NCBI GenBank assembly: GCA_031459385.1
Contig: JAVKIP010000012.1
Location: 25,432-89,431, forward strand
From: Candidatus Fervidifonticultor secundus
Lineage (GTDB): Bacteria > Sysuimicrobiota > Sysuimicrobiia > Sysuimicrobiales > Humicultoraceae
Reading direction: 5' to 3'
Length of the DNA: 64,000 nucleotides
The translations under genes and the position numbers were made by a program. The notes under the pieces were generated by a model. That model was not told where the DNA came from. It was given only the letters and a program-made list of their open reading frames with translations, and searched no databases. How positions within the stretch are numbered: the stretch's first letter is position 1; each line of letters begins with the position of its first letter. Shown piece after piece: positions 18,191-26,792 of this stretch.

Positions 18191-19584
18191 GCGACTGCGC
18201 TCCCCGCGCGGGTCCAAATAGCGCGGCTGACCCGCCGCCCCTCCGCCGCGATGGCCACCTCGTCGGCGGTGACCAGACAGAAGTCGCGCACCACGGCGCG
18301 ACCGTCGACCAACAGGTGCTTGACGCGCCCGGGCGCGCAGTAGACCAGGGCCGCCACCGGATCGCGCTCGCCGCCGGTGTGCGCCAGGTCGGAGACGCTG
18401 AAGAGGGCCACGTCCGCCCGCCGGCCGGGCGTCAGCGCGCCGATGTCGTCGCGCCCCAGGCACGCCGCGCCGCCCCGGGTGGCGATGCGCAGTACCTCAC
18501 GGGCGTCCAGCCACCGCTCGCCGGCGGCCCGCGAGACCAGCAGCCCCATCCGCGCCTCGGCGATCAAGCTCCCGCTGTCGTTGGACGCCGACCCGTCCAC
18601 GCCGAGTCCCACGGGGACGCCGGCCTCCAGCAGTGCGCGCGCCGGCGCGATCCCCGACCCCAGGCGCAGGTTCGAGGTCGGGCACCAGGCCGCGCCGGTC
18701 TGCGTGGCGCCAAGACGCGCAGCGCCGGCGCCCACGTGCACGCAGTGCGCCAGCCACACGTCTCCCCCCAGCCACCCCCAGGCGTCCAGCAGCTCCAGCG
18801 GCCTGCGCCCGAACCTCTGCACGCAGTAGTCATCTTCGTCGCGGGTCTCGGCGATGTGCGTGTGCAGGCGCACGCCCAGGCGCCGGGCCATCGCGGCGGC
18901 CTCCTGCATCAGCCGGGGCGTCACCGAGAACGGCGAGCAGGGTGCGATCGCCATCTGCAGCATGGCGCCCGGCGCGCGCTGGTGATAGCGGCGCACCGCC
19001 GCCTCGATCTGCGCCAGGATCTCGTCGGTGTCCTGGACGATCTCGTCCGGCGGGAGCCCGCCCCGGGAGGCACCGAGATCCATAGCGCCGCGGCAGGGAT
19101 GGAACCGCACGCCGAGCTCGCGCGCCGCGGCGATCTCGGCCTCCAGCACGTCGAATCCGTCGCTGCCGGCGGGGAAGACGTAGTGGTGGTCCGTGGTCGT
19201 CGCGCAGCCGGAGGTGGCGAGCTCCGCCAGCCCCACGCGGGCGGCGGCGTAGACCCACGCCGCGTCCAGGCCGGCCCAGATCGGGTAGAGCAGCCGCAGC
19301 CAGCCGAAGAGCCCCCGGTCGGTGGCGCAGGCGCGGGTCAGGGTCTGGTACAGGTGGTGGTGCGCGTTGACCAGGCCGGGCAACGCCACGCAGCCGCGGC
19401 CGTCGAGCCGCTCGAGCGCTCCGGTGTCGGCGCCGGACGGCCCGAGCACCTCGGCGGGCGGCGCGCCAGCGCCGACCCAGACGATCGCGCCGTCGTCTGC
19501 GAGGATCGAGCCGCCGGGGATCTCGGTGCCGGCGTCGTCCATCGTCACGACCACGTCGCATTCCTCGATCAGCAGGCGCCCCAT
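18187..19584 (-). CDS. 8-oxoguanine deaminase
   Basis: NAHHHLYQTLTRA, TTTDHHYVFP, APCSPFSV, HTHIAET and GVDGSASND motifs characteristic of this family. Confidence 0.85.
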   Translation of the reverse strand: MGRLLIEECDVVVTMDDAGTEIPGGSILADDGAIVWVGAGAPPAEVLGPSGADTGALERLDGRGCVALPGLVNAHHHLYQTLTRACATDRGLFGWLRLLYPIWAGLDAAWVYAAARVGLAELATSGCATTTDHHYVFPAGSDGFDVLEAEIAAARELGVRFHPCRGAMDLGASRGGLPPDEIVQDTDEILAQIEAAVRRYHQRAPGAMLQMAIAPCSPFSVTPRLMQEAAAMARRLGVRLHTHIAETRDEDDYCVQRFGRRPLELLDAWGWLGGDVWLAHCVHVGAGAARLGATQTGAAWCPTSNLRLGSGIAPARALLEAGVPVGLGVDGSASNDSGSLIAEARMGLLVSRAAGERWLDAREVLRIATRGGAACLGRDDIGALTPGRRADVALFSVSDLAHTGGERDPVAALVYCAPGRVKHLLVDGRAVVRDFCLVTADEVAIAAEGRRVSRAIWTRAGSAVA

Positions 19585-19592
19585 CGCCGCCG

Positions 19593-20078
19593 CTAGCCCT
19601 CCGGCCCGGCGGCCGTCGCCCGCATCCGCGCTGCGGCCAGGCGCACTGCGTCCAGGATCTTCGCGTAGCCGGTGCAGCGGCAGAGATTGCCGGCCAGGGC
19701 TTCGCGAATCGTGGGCTCGTCGGGCGCCGGGACGCGCTGGAGCAGATCCACCGTGGCGACGACGAGCCCGGGGGTGCAGAAGCCGCACTGCACCGCGCCG
19801 GCCTCCAGGAACGCTTCCTGGACCGGGTGCAACGCGCCTTCGGGCGCGAGTCCCTCTATGGTGCGGACGTCGCGCTCGTGCGCCTGCGCGGCCAGCACCA
19901 GGCACGCGCACACCAGCTCGCCGTCCAGCCATACCGAGCACGAGCCGCACTCGCCCTGCTCGCAGGCGTTCTTGGACCCGGGCAGCCCCAGCACGTCGCG
20001 CAGCAGGGTGAGCAGGCTCGCGCCCGGCCACACCTGGCCCGTCCGCCACTCGCCGTTGACGCGCGTGCGGATCAGCAC
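19593..20078 (-). CDS. pucE: Xanthine dehydrogenase 2Fe-2S subunit
   Basis: GSKNACEQGECGSC, QCGFCTPG and NLCRCTGY motifs. Confidence 0.92.
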   Translation of the reverse strand: MLIRTRVNGEWRTGQVWPGASLLTLLRDVLGLPGSKNACEQGECGSCSVWLDGELVCACLVLAAQAHERDVRTIEGLAPEGALHPVQEAFLEAGAVQCGFCTPGLVVATVDLLQRVPAPDEPTIREALAGNLCRCTGYAKILDAVRLAAARMRATAAGPEG

Positions 20079-20953
20079 GACGCCTCTCCCCGCCTGCGGT
20101 CGGCCAGCATCCACTGCCACGCGCGCCGCGCCAGCACCGCGCAGGCCCACCGGCGGTAGGCCGCGGTCCCACGGACGTCATCGATCGGCCGCGCGGCCGC
20201 CGCGACCCGCTCCCCGAACTCCTCCGCGGCCAGCGGTGCCACCGCGGCCGCCGGATCGTCCCACCAGCCGGCGGCGGCCAGCGCCTGCTCCGCGTAGCCT
20301 TCGGCGTCGCGGGCGCGCAGGATCGTCGGCCCCACCGAGCCGAGGGCCACCCGGATCCGCCGCCGGTCCACGTCGGCGACCAGGCACAGACTGGCCACGG
20401 CGATGACCATGGCGTTGCGGGGCCCGACCTTGGCGAAGGAGCCCGGCCCGCGTACCGGGCGCCAGCGCGCGCCGAGGATGAGCTCGTCGGGCGCGAGCGT
20501 GGTGCGCTTGGGGCCCACCAGGAAGTCGTGCCAGGGGACGGTGCGGCGCTGCCCGCCTGCCCGGACCAGCACGACCTCGGCGTCACAGGCGGCGAGCACC
20601 GGCAGGGTGTCGCCGGCGGGCGATGCCGTGCCCAGGTTGCCGCCGATCGTCCCGCGGTTGCGGATCTGCGGCGAGCCCACGGTACGCGCCGCCTGGACCA
20701 GCGGGCGGATCGTCGTCAGCTCGCGCAGCATCTGGCTGTACGTGACGCCCGCGCCCACGAAGCAGGCATCGTCGTCGCAGCGCCAGACCCGCAGCTCCTC
20801 CAGCCGCGACACGTCCAGCAGCAGCGGCGGCCGGCGCCGGTCGAAGTTCAACTCGACCATCAGGTCGGTACCGCCGGCGATGGGCACAGCCTCGGGCCGG
20901 CGTGCTTTGACCTCGAGGGCCTCCTCCAGCGTCCGCGCCAGATACACATCCAT
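20072..20953 (-). CDS. pucC: Xanthine dehydrogenase FAD-binding subunit
   Basis: PIAGGTDLMVELN, GSPQIRNRGTIGGNLGTASPAGD and PIDDVRGTAAYR motifs. Confidence 0.92.
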   Translation of the reverse strand: MDVYLARTLEEALEVKARRPEAVPIAGGTDLMVELNFDRRRPPLLLDVSRLEELRVWRCDDDACFVGAGVTYSQMLRELTTIRPLVQAARTVGSPQIRNRGTIGGNLGTASPAGDTLPVLAACDAEVVLVRAGGQRRTVPWHDFLVGPKRTTLAPDELILGARWRPVRGPGSFAKVGPRNAMVIAVASLCLVADVDRRRIRVALGSVGPTILRARDAEGYAEQALAAAGWWDDPAAAVAPLAAEEFGERVAAAARPIDDVRGTAAYRRWACAVLARRAWQWMLADRRRGEASC

Positions 20954-21086
20954 GGTCAGATGCTCGGGAATTCCACGGCCGCGCGCCGTGCCTCCTGCCG
21001 GCGGTGCCCGAGGGAGGCGATGCCACCCCGGCGAACAGTCCCCGCACGCCCGCATCGCGGCTCGCGGGCGGTCCGGGAGCGCCGCC

Positions 21087-21479
21087 GTGGTCCAGAAAGA
21101 GATCGAGTTGATCCTGATGCGCCAGCTGGCGGCGTCTCTCGCCACGCCCATCTTCGTGGTGGATCGCGCGGGCACGCTGGTGTACTTCAACGAACCTGCG
21201 GAGGCGCTGCTGGGGCGGCGCTACGACGAGGCGGGCGAGATGCCCTTCGAGGAGTGGTCCACGATCTTCACGCCGCGGGACGACACTGGCGCGCGGCTGC
21301 CCCCGGAAGTGCTGCCGCTGGCGATCGCCCTGCGCGCGCGGCGGCCGGCACACCGGGGCATCCACATCACCGGCCTGGACGGCGTGGACCGGCAGATCGA
21401 GGTGGTTGCGTTCCCGCTGGAGGGCCAGGCCGGACGCCACCTGGGCGCGGTGGCCATCTTCTGGGAGCGCGCGCCGTGA
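21087..21479 (+). CDS. Stand-alone PAS-domain protein
   Basis: 130 aa; PIFVVDRAGTLVYFNEPAEALLG and a C-terminal FPLEGQAGRHLGAVAIFW PAS-like pattern. Confidence 0.8.
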   Translation: MVQKEIELILMRQLAASLATPIFVVDRAGTLVYFNEPAEALLGRRYDEAGEMPFEEWSTIFTPRDDTGARLPPEVLPLAIALRARRPAHRGIHITGLDGVDRQIEVVAFPLEGQAGRHLGAVAIFWERAP

Positions 21480-22327
21480 GGGTCACGCTCTGGGGCACGC
21501 GGGGATCGCTGCCCAGCCCCGGCCCGGAGACCCAGCGCTACGGCGGCAACACGCCATGCGTGGAGGCCCGCTGCGCCGACGGGACGCTCGTGATCCTCGA
21601 CGGCGGCACCGGAATCCGCCGGCTGGGCGCGGTGCTCTCCCCGGAGATCGCGCGCGTCGACATCCTGCTGACGCACCTCCACATGGATCACATCCAGGGC
21701 CTGGGGTTCTTCGCGCCGCTCTACCGCCCCGGCCTGGACGTGCACATCTGGGGGCCGGCCTCGCCCACGCGCGGGCTGCGCGCGCGCCTGGCGCAGTACC
21801 TCTCCCCGCCGCTCTTCCCCGTGCAGATCCGCGACCTGCCCTGTCGGCTGGCATTCCACGACGTGCCGTTCGAGCCGTTCCGGCTCGGTCGGTTGGAGGT
21901 CCGCGCCGCGCTGGTGTGCCATCCCGGGCCAACGGTGGGCTACCGGATCACCGAGGACCGCACGGTGCTGGCCTACCTGCCCGACCACGAACCGGCGCTG
22001 GGGGCCCGGCGGTTCCCGGGGGCCCCCAACTGGACGTCGGGGTTCGCGTTGGCGGCGGGCGCCGACCTGTTGATCCACGACGCGCAGTTCTCCGACGAGG
22101 AGTACACGCGCCACATCGGCTGGGGTCACAGCGCCATCGGCCACGTGGCGGCGTTCGCGGACCTGGCAGGTGCCCGGCGGGTGGTGCCGTTCCACCACGA
22201 CCCCGCGCACGCCGACGACGTGGTGGACGCGCTGCACGCCCAGCTGCGCGGCAGGGCGTCGTCGTTCGAGGTCGTCGCCGGCATGGAGGGGACGACGGTC
22301 GAGGTCGGCCGGCCCCGCGCCGCATAG
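21476..22327 (+). CDS. MBL-fold metallohydrolase (RNase Z/phosphodiesterase-like)
   Basis: WGTRGSLP, YGGNTPCVE, THLHMDHIQG, HPG, LIHDAQF, GWGHS and FHHDP motifs; coupled to the PAS gene by GTGA overlap. Confidence 0.88.
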   Translation: MRVTLWGTRGSLPSPGPETQRYGGNTPCVEARCADGTLVILDGGTGIRRLGAVLSPEIARVDILLTHLHMDHIQGLGFFAPLYRPGLDVHIWGPASPTRGLRARLAQYLSPPLFPVQIRDLPCRLAFHDVPFEPFRLGRLEVRAALVCHPGPTVGYRITEDRTVLAYLPDHEPALGARRFPGAPNWTSGFALAAGADLLIHDAQFSDEEYTRHIGWGHSAIGHVAAFADLAGARRVVPFHHDPAHADDVVDALHAQLRGRASSFEVVAGMEGTTVEVGRPRAA

Positions 22328-22358
22328 CGGGCTGCTCGGGCGCGCGGGCCGCCGGGGT

Positions 22359-22802
22359 TCAGCGCACGCCGCGCCGGTACCGGTCGACCGCGATAGCCAC
22401 CAGGTCGTCGATGGCCGTCTGCAGTTCCTCTTCGCGGGTGCGACCCAGGCGGGCGCGCAGCACCTCGACGATCGCCCCCCGCGGCCGGCGACCCACGAAG
22501 ACCAGGAAGCGGAACCCGAACTTGGCCTCGTAGCGCGCGTTGAGGCACTCCAGCTCCGCCAGGACGGCCGGATCGTCGTCTGCGCCCTGCTCGGCCGCCG
22601 AGAGTGACGGGAGCTGGCGCGCCCCGATGCGGGGATGGGCGTTGATGGCCTCGATCACCTCGTCCTCGGGCAGCGTGCGCAGCACGTCCCGGGCACGCCC
22701 CAGCGGGTCCTCGTACGCTGCCAGGCGCGCGACGAAGCGGGTGCCCCCGCCGAACAGCGCCGCCAGCGTCTCGACGCTCAGCTGCCCCGGTAGGTCGTGC
22801 AC
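22359..22802 (-). CDS. uraD: OHCU decarboxylase
   Basis: AHPRIG, SAAEQ and LNARYEAKFGFRFLVFV motifs. Confidence 0.85.
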   Translation of the reverse strand: MHDLPGQLSVETLAALFGGGTRFVARLAAYEDPLGRARDVLRTLPEDEVIEAINAHPRIGARQLPSLSAAEQGADDDPAVLAELECLNARYEAKFGFRFLVFVGRRPRGAIVEVLRARLGRTREEELQTAIDDLVAIAVDRYRRGVR

Positions 22803-23080
22803 GCGTAGGGGGCGACCAGCAGAGGGATGTGGTGGTGCCGTCGGGGATCGGTGATCTCCACCTGGAGCTCGACCCGGGTGAAGAACGGCGACGGCGGATA
22901 GAAGACCAGACGGTACGTGCCGGCCTCCAGCGCTCCCGGCAGCAGGTCGGGGATGCGCCCGTCGTCGTCGGTCTCCCGCGCGGACAGCAACGTGCTGCCG
23001 CGGTAGAGTTCGACGCGCACCCCGCGCGCCGGCAGGCCGCGCGCCGCATCGAGCACGTGCGTGGAGAGGGACGGTGCCAC
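22778..23080 (-). CDS. uraH: 5-hydroxyisourate hydrolase
   Basis: LSTHVLD, DGR, HHHIPLL and the diagnostic C-terminal YRGS. Confidence 0.92.
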   Translation of the reverse strand: MAPSLSTHVLDAARGLPARGVRVELYRGSTLLSARETDDDGRIPDLLPGALEAGTYRLVFYPPSPFFTRVELQVEITDPRRHHHIPLLVAPYACTTYRGS

Positions 23081-23084
23081 GGCC

Positions 23085-23663
23085 CTACGGCGTGCCGGCC
23101 TGGGTGGCCTTGAAGATCGGCAGGATCCCGAGGTGCTGGACCCCCGGGCGATCGTCACCCTCCAGTAGGATCGCCGCCCTGGCCACGACGGCGCCGCCGG
23201 CCTGCGCCACCAGCTGGGCCATGGCCTCCAGCGTCTCCCCGGTGCTGACGATGTCGTCGATGATGCCCACCTGCCGGTCGCGGAGTTTCATGGCGTCGCG
23301 GCTGTCCATGTAGAGTTCTTCCTCGGTGCGGGCCGTGATGGGCTTGTACCGCACCGCGAGCGGCGACAGCATGAACGGCCGGATCTCCTTGCGGCAGACC
23401 ACATAGGGCTTGAGGCCCAGGTTGGTGGCCACGGCGTGGGCCAGGGGGATGCCCTTGGTCTCGGTGGTCACGAAGATCTCGCACTGGGCCAGGCGGGGCG
23501 CCAGCAGGCGCGCGGCCCGGTCGATCACCTCGGTGTCGCCCAGGCTGTAGTAGTACGCGATCCAGGTGTCCGGCGCCACCTGGATCAGCGGCAGGGTGCG
23601 GACCGTACCGGCGATCTCCAGGTCGTAGGTCGGCTGGCCCACGAACGGCAACACGTGCGGCAT
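23085..23663 (-). CDS. Purine (adenine-type) phosphoribosyltransferase family protein
   Basis: ETKGIPLAH, VVCRK and the PRPP-binding loop IIDDIVSTGET. Confidence 0.85.
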   Translation of the reverse strand: MPHVLPFVGQPTYDLEIAGTVRTLPLIQVAPDTWIAYYYSLGDTEVIDRAARLLAPRLAQCEIFVTTETKGIPLAHAVATNLGLKPYVVCRKEIRPFMLSPLAVRYKPITARTEEELYMDSRDAMKLRDRQVGIIDDIVSTGETLEAMAQLVAQAGGAVVARAAILLEGDDRPGVQHLGILPIFKATQAGTP

Positions 23664-23810
23664 GCTCCACCTCGGCTCGTCCACCAGACTGGCATGCGAT
23701 CAGCCGGACCGCTGCGCCCGGCTGCCACAGAACAGTTCTGGGGCGGAGGCGGCGACGCCTGCCGCGCGGGAGCAGGGGAAGGCGCACCGGCTGGACGAAC
23801 CTCCGGGCCA

Positions 23811-25526
23811 ATGGACCTGGCGCGGCTCATCCAGGTCGCGCGGGGCCGGCAGCCTGCCGACCTGCTGCTGGCGAACGCGCGCGTGGTGGACCTGTTCACC
23901 CCGGCGGTCCTCGACGCCAACCTGCTGGTTGCCGAGGGGCGGATCGCGGGCATCCGCCCCCGCGGCGCGGCGCCGGCCGCGGTCCAGACGATCGACCTCC
24001 AGGGCGCGTACGTGGCGCCGGGCTTCATCGACGCCCACGTGCACATCGAGAGCAGCCTGTTGGGGGTCCCCGAGTTCGCCGCGGCCGTGGTGCCGCGCGG
24101 CGTCACCACGGTGATCGCTGATCCTCACGAGATCGCCAACGTGCTGGGCGCGAGTGGCATCCGGTACATCCTGCAGGCGGCCCGGTGGAACCCGCTGAGC
24201 GTCTACATCATGGCGCCATCGTGCGTGCCGGCGAGCCCCATGGAGAGCGCCGGCGCCGAGCTCTCGGCCCCCGACCTGGAGACGCTCATGCAGGACCGAT
24301 GGGTCCTGGGCCTCGGCGAGCTCATGAACGTGCCCGGGGTGCTGACCGCCGACCCGGACGTGCTGGCGAAGCTGGCCGTGGCGGGCTCCCGGCCGGTGGA
24401 CGGTCACGCGCCGGGCCTGGTGGGACCCGACCTCGACGCCTACGCGGCGGCGGGCATCGGCTCGGACCACGAATCCACCACGGTCGAGGAGGCGCGGGAG
24501 AAACTGCGGCGTGGCTTCATGGTGCTGATCCGGGAGGCTACCGGCGCGCGCAACCTCGACGCGCTGCTGCCGCTGGTGCACCCCGCCAGCGCCCGGCGTT
24601 TCGCCTTCGCCACCGACGACCGCATGCCGCTGCACCTCCTGGAGGACGGCTCGGTCGACGCCATGGTGCGCCAGGCCATCGCGGGCGGCCTGGACCCGCT
24701 GCTGGCCCTGCAGCTCGCCAGCCTGAACGCCGCCGAGCACTTCGGGCTGCGCGACCGGGGCGCCGTCACCCCCGGCCGCCGTGCCGACCTGGTGGCCTTC
24801 GACGACCTGCGCGCGCCGCGGCCGCGGCTGGTCTTCCGCGGGGGCCGGCTCGTGGCGCGTGACGGCACCCTGCTGCCCTACGAGCGGCCCGACCGGCCGC
24901 CGGCGGTGCGCGGCTCGGTGAACGTCCCGCGCCACACGCTGCACTTCCGGGTACCCGCGCGCGGCCGGCGTCTCCGGGTCATTGACGTGATCGCCGACCA
25001 GATCCTCACCGCCGCCGGGGTGGCCGACGCCCGCGTCACGGCTGGCGAGGTGGTGGCCGATCCCGAGCGCGACGTGCTGAAGCTGGCGGTGATCGAGCGG
25101 CATGCCGGCAGCGGCCGCGTCGGGGTGGGGTTCGTGCGGGGCTTCGGCCTGCGGTTCGGTGCCCTGGCCTCGTCGGTGGCCCACGACGCCCACAACATCG
25201 TCGTCGTGGGCGCCAGCGACGATGCCATGCGGGCGGCGGTGGAGCTCGTGCTGGAGATGCAGGGCGGGCTGGTGGCCACGGCCGGCCGCGAGACCGTCGC
25301 GCTGCCGCTGCCCATCGCGGGGTTGATGTCCGACCGGCCGCTGGCCGAGGTCGCCGCCGCCCAGCGGCGCCTGCTGGCCCTGGCGCGTCGCATGGGGAGC
25401 CGGCTGCCCGATCCGTTCCACACGTTGTCGTTCATGGCGCTGACGGTGATCCCGGCGCTGAGGCTCACCGACCGCGGGCTGCTGGACGTGGCGCGCGGCG
25501 AACTGGTGGACGTCTTTGTGGCCTAA
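23811..25526 (+). CDS. ade: Adenine deaminase
   Basis: FIDAHVHIESS, DPHEIANVLG, DGHAP, SDHES, TDDR and SVAHDAHN motifs. Confidence 0.93.
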   Translation: MDLARLIQVARGRQPADLLLANARVVDLFTPAVLDANLLVAEGRIAGIRPRGAAPAAVQTIDLQGAYVAPGFIDAHVHIESSLLGVPEFAAAVVPRGVTTVIADPHEIANVLGASGIRYILQAARWNPLSVYIMAPSCVPASPMESAGAELSAPDLETLMQDRWVLGLGELMNVPGVLTADPDVLAKLAVAGSRPVDGHAPGLVGPDLDAYAAAGIGSDHESTTVEEAREKLRRGFMVLIREATGARNLDALLPLVHPASARRFAFATDDRMPLHLLEDGSVDAMVRQAIAGGLDPLLALQLASLNAAEHFGLRDRGAVTPGRRADLVAFDDLRAPRPRLVFRGGRLVARDGTLLPYERPDRPPAVRGSVNVPRHTLHFRVPARGRRLRVIDVIADQILTAAGVADARVTAGEVVADPERDVLKLAVIERHAGSGRVGVGFVRGFGLRFGALASSVAHDAHNIVVVGASDDAMRAAVELVLEMQGGLVATAGRETVALPLPIAGLMSDRPLAEVAAAQRRLLALARRMGSRLPDPFHTLSFMALTVIPALRLTDRGLLDVARGELVDVFVA

Positions 25527-25629
25527 CCGGCCGTGCCCGCGGGCGGCCGGCGCGTTGTGGGAGCCCCGGTTCGTGTGGTACATACTCCACTGGTCCACGT
25601 GCAGTTCCACGCAGGTGGGAGGTGACGGT

Positions 25630-26331
25630 ATGCGTGCTCTGGCTGTGCTGGTTCTGGCACTGGCGCTGACGGCCCTGCCCGGCCTCCCCGCCGCAGCCCA
25701 GAACGGACCGTACCAGTGGTGGTTGCAGCTCCGGTACTGGGGCTCGGGGCTCGACTTCGGGAACCCGGCGCCGCCCAGTGCCCACGACAACGGCAACGGA
25801 TGGGGCGGCACGCTGCGCCTCGACCACCGCACCATGCCGTGGTCGCTGTCGTTCCGGTACGATGCACTGAGCGTCACCCCGACCAACTGGGTCTGGGACC
25901 GATTCTCGGTCTGGGACGCCAACGTGCACTACCGGTTCGGGCCGAGCCTCGATACCTTCTTCGGCATCCTCGCCGGGTGGCAGGGGACCAACGTCAACGC
26001 GCCGGGCAGCGCGTTCAACACGGGCTCGGGCTCGGGCCTCCGGCTCGGTGCGGAGGCGTTCCACCGCAACGGCCCCTGGTACTTCACGGGAGAGGCGTCG
26101 TACGCCTGGCTGGGCACCGGCGGGTTCACCGGCGCAGGTCTGGCCAACGGAAACGGTACCGACCTGCGCGCCGCGGTGGGCTACGAGTTCCAGGGCGGCT
26201 GGGGGCTGGAAGTGGGCTGGCGCCAGTACACCTGGCGGATCCCCGAGGCATCCGGGTCGGGCTGCCCCTTCGCGCCGGGGTGCGAGTGGCGGTTTAGCGG
26301 CGTCACGGCCGCGCTGACGTTCAGGAAGTAG
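25630..26331 (+). CDS. Exported aromatic-rich protein, probable outer-membrane beta-barrel
   Basis: Signal peptide ending AAA-Q; alternating amphipathic strands (WDANVHYRF, LRAAVGYEF, LEVGWRQYTW, GVTAALTF); GGAGG RBS. Confidence 0.65.
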   Translation: MRALAVLVLALALTALPGLPAAAQNGPYQWWLQLRYWGSGLDFGNPAPPSAHDNGNGWGGTLRLDHRTMPWSLSFRYDALSVTPTNWVWDRFSVWDANVHYRFGPSLDTFFGILAGWQGTNVNAPGSAFNTGSGSGLRLGAEAFHRNGPWYFTGEASYAWLGTGGFTGAGLANGNGTDLRAAVGYEFQGGWGLEVGWRQYTWRIPEASGSGCPFAPGCEWRFSGVTAALTFRK

Positions 26332-26791
26332 CCGTGGCGGCGCGCGCGGCCTCCACGAGGCCGCGCAGCGCCGCCTCCGCACCGTCTGCCTGCGCCGCGG
26401 GCACCAGCAGGTGCTCGTAGTGGAACGACGTGAGGAGCCGCGCAGTGATACCTGCCCGGGCCAGCGTCTCCACCACGGTCGTAATGTACTCGGGTGCGGC
26501 CGGGTCGCGGCGCGCGTCCAGCACGAGGAGCCGGTAGCCGTCCTCTACCTGCGCACGGGGGAACCGGTGGGCGATCTTGGCCCACTCGTCCGCGGCCAGG
26601 ACCGCGCGCACTTCCCGCGCCGTGACCTCCACGAAGAACGGCGCGAGCAGGCTGGCCAGCGCGAGGCGCAGGCTGGGGCTGAAGGCGGCCCCGACGCGCG
26701 CCACGGCGAACTCGCGCGGATCCACCTCCACCCGCAGCCCGGCCAGCACGGCGGCCAGACGTGGATCGACGGACCCGCCGGGCGGCGGCAC
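26321..26791 (-). CDS. ACT-domain protein (DUF2241/ACT_7-like)
   Basis: C-terminal LARAGITARLLTSFHYEHLLVPAAQADGAEAALRGL matches the ACT_7-type pattern. Confidence 0.65.
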   Translation of the reverse strand: MPPPGGSVDPRLAAVLAGLRVEVDPREFAVARVGAAFSPSLRLALASLLAPFFVEVTAREVRAVLAADEWAKIAHRFPRAQVEDGYRLLVLDARRDPAAPEYITTVVETLARAGITARLLTSFHYEHLLVPAAQADGAEAALRGLVEAARAATATS

Positions 26792-26792
26792 G

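Noticed and set aside
18187..20586. Apparent 799-aa fusion ORF, and other N-terminally extended ORFs in the track
   Set aside because: The extensions overlap neighbouring real genes in another frame; starts were reassigned (for example the deaminase begins at 19584).
23690..23810. Structured region between the PRTase and ade as a possible purine, ZTP or PRPP riboswitch
   Set aside because: Partial resemblance only (GGCGGA...GGGAGCA); the conserved cores of those aptamers are absent, and two back-to-back promoter motifs account for the region.
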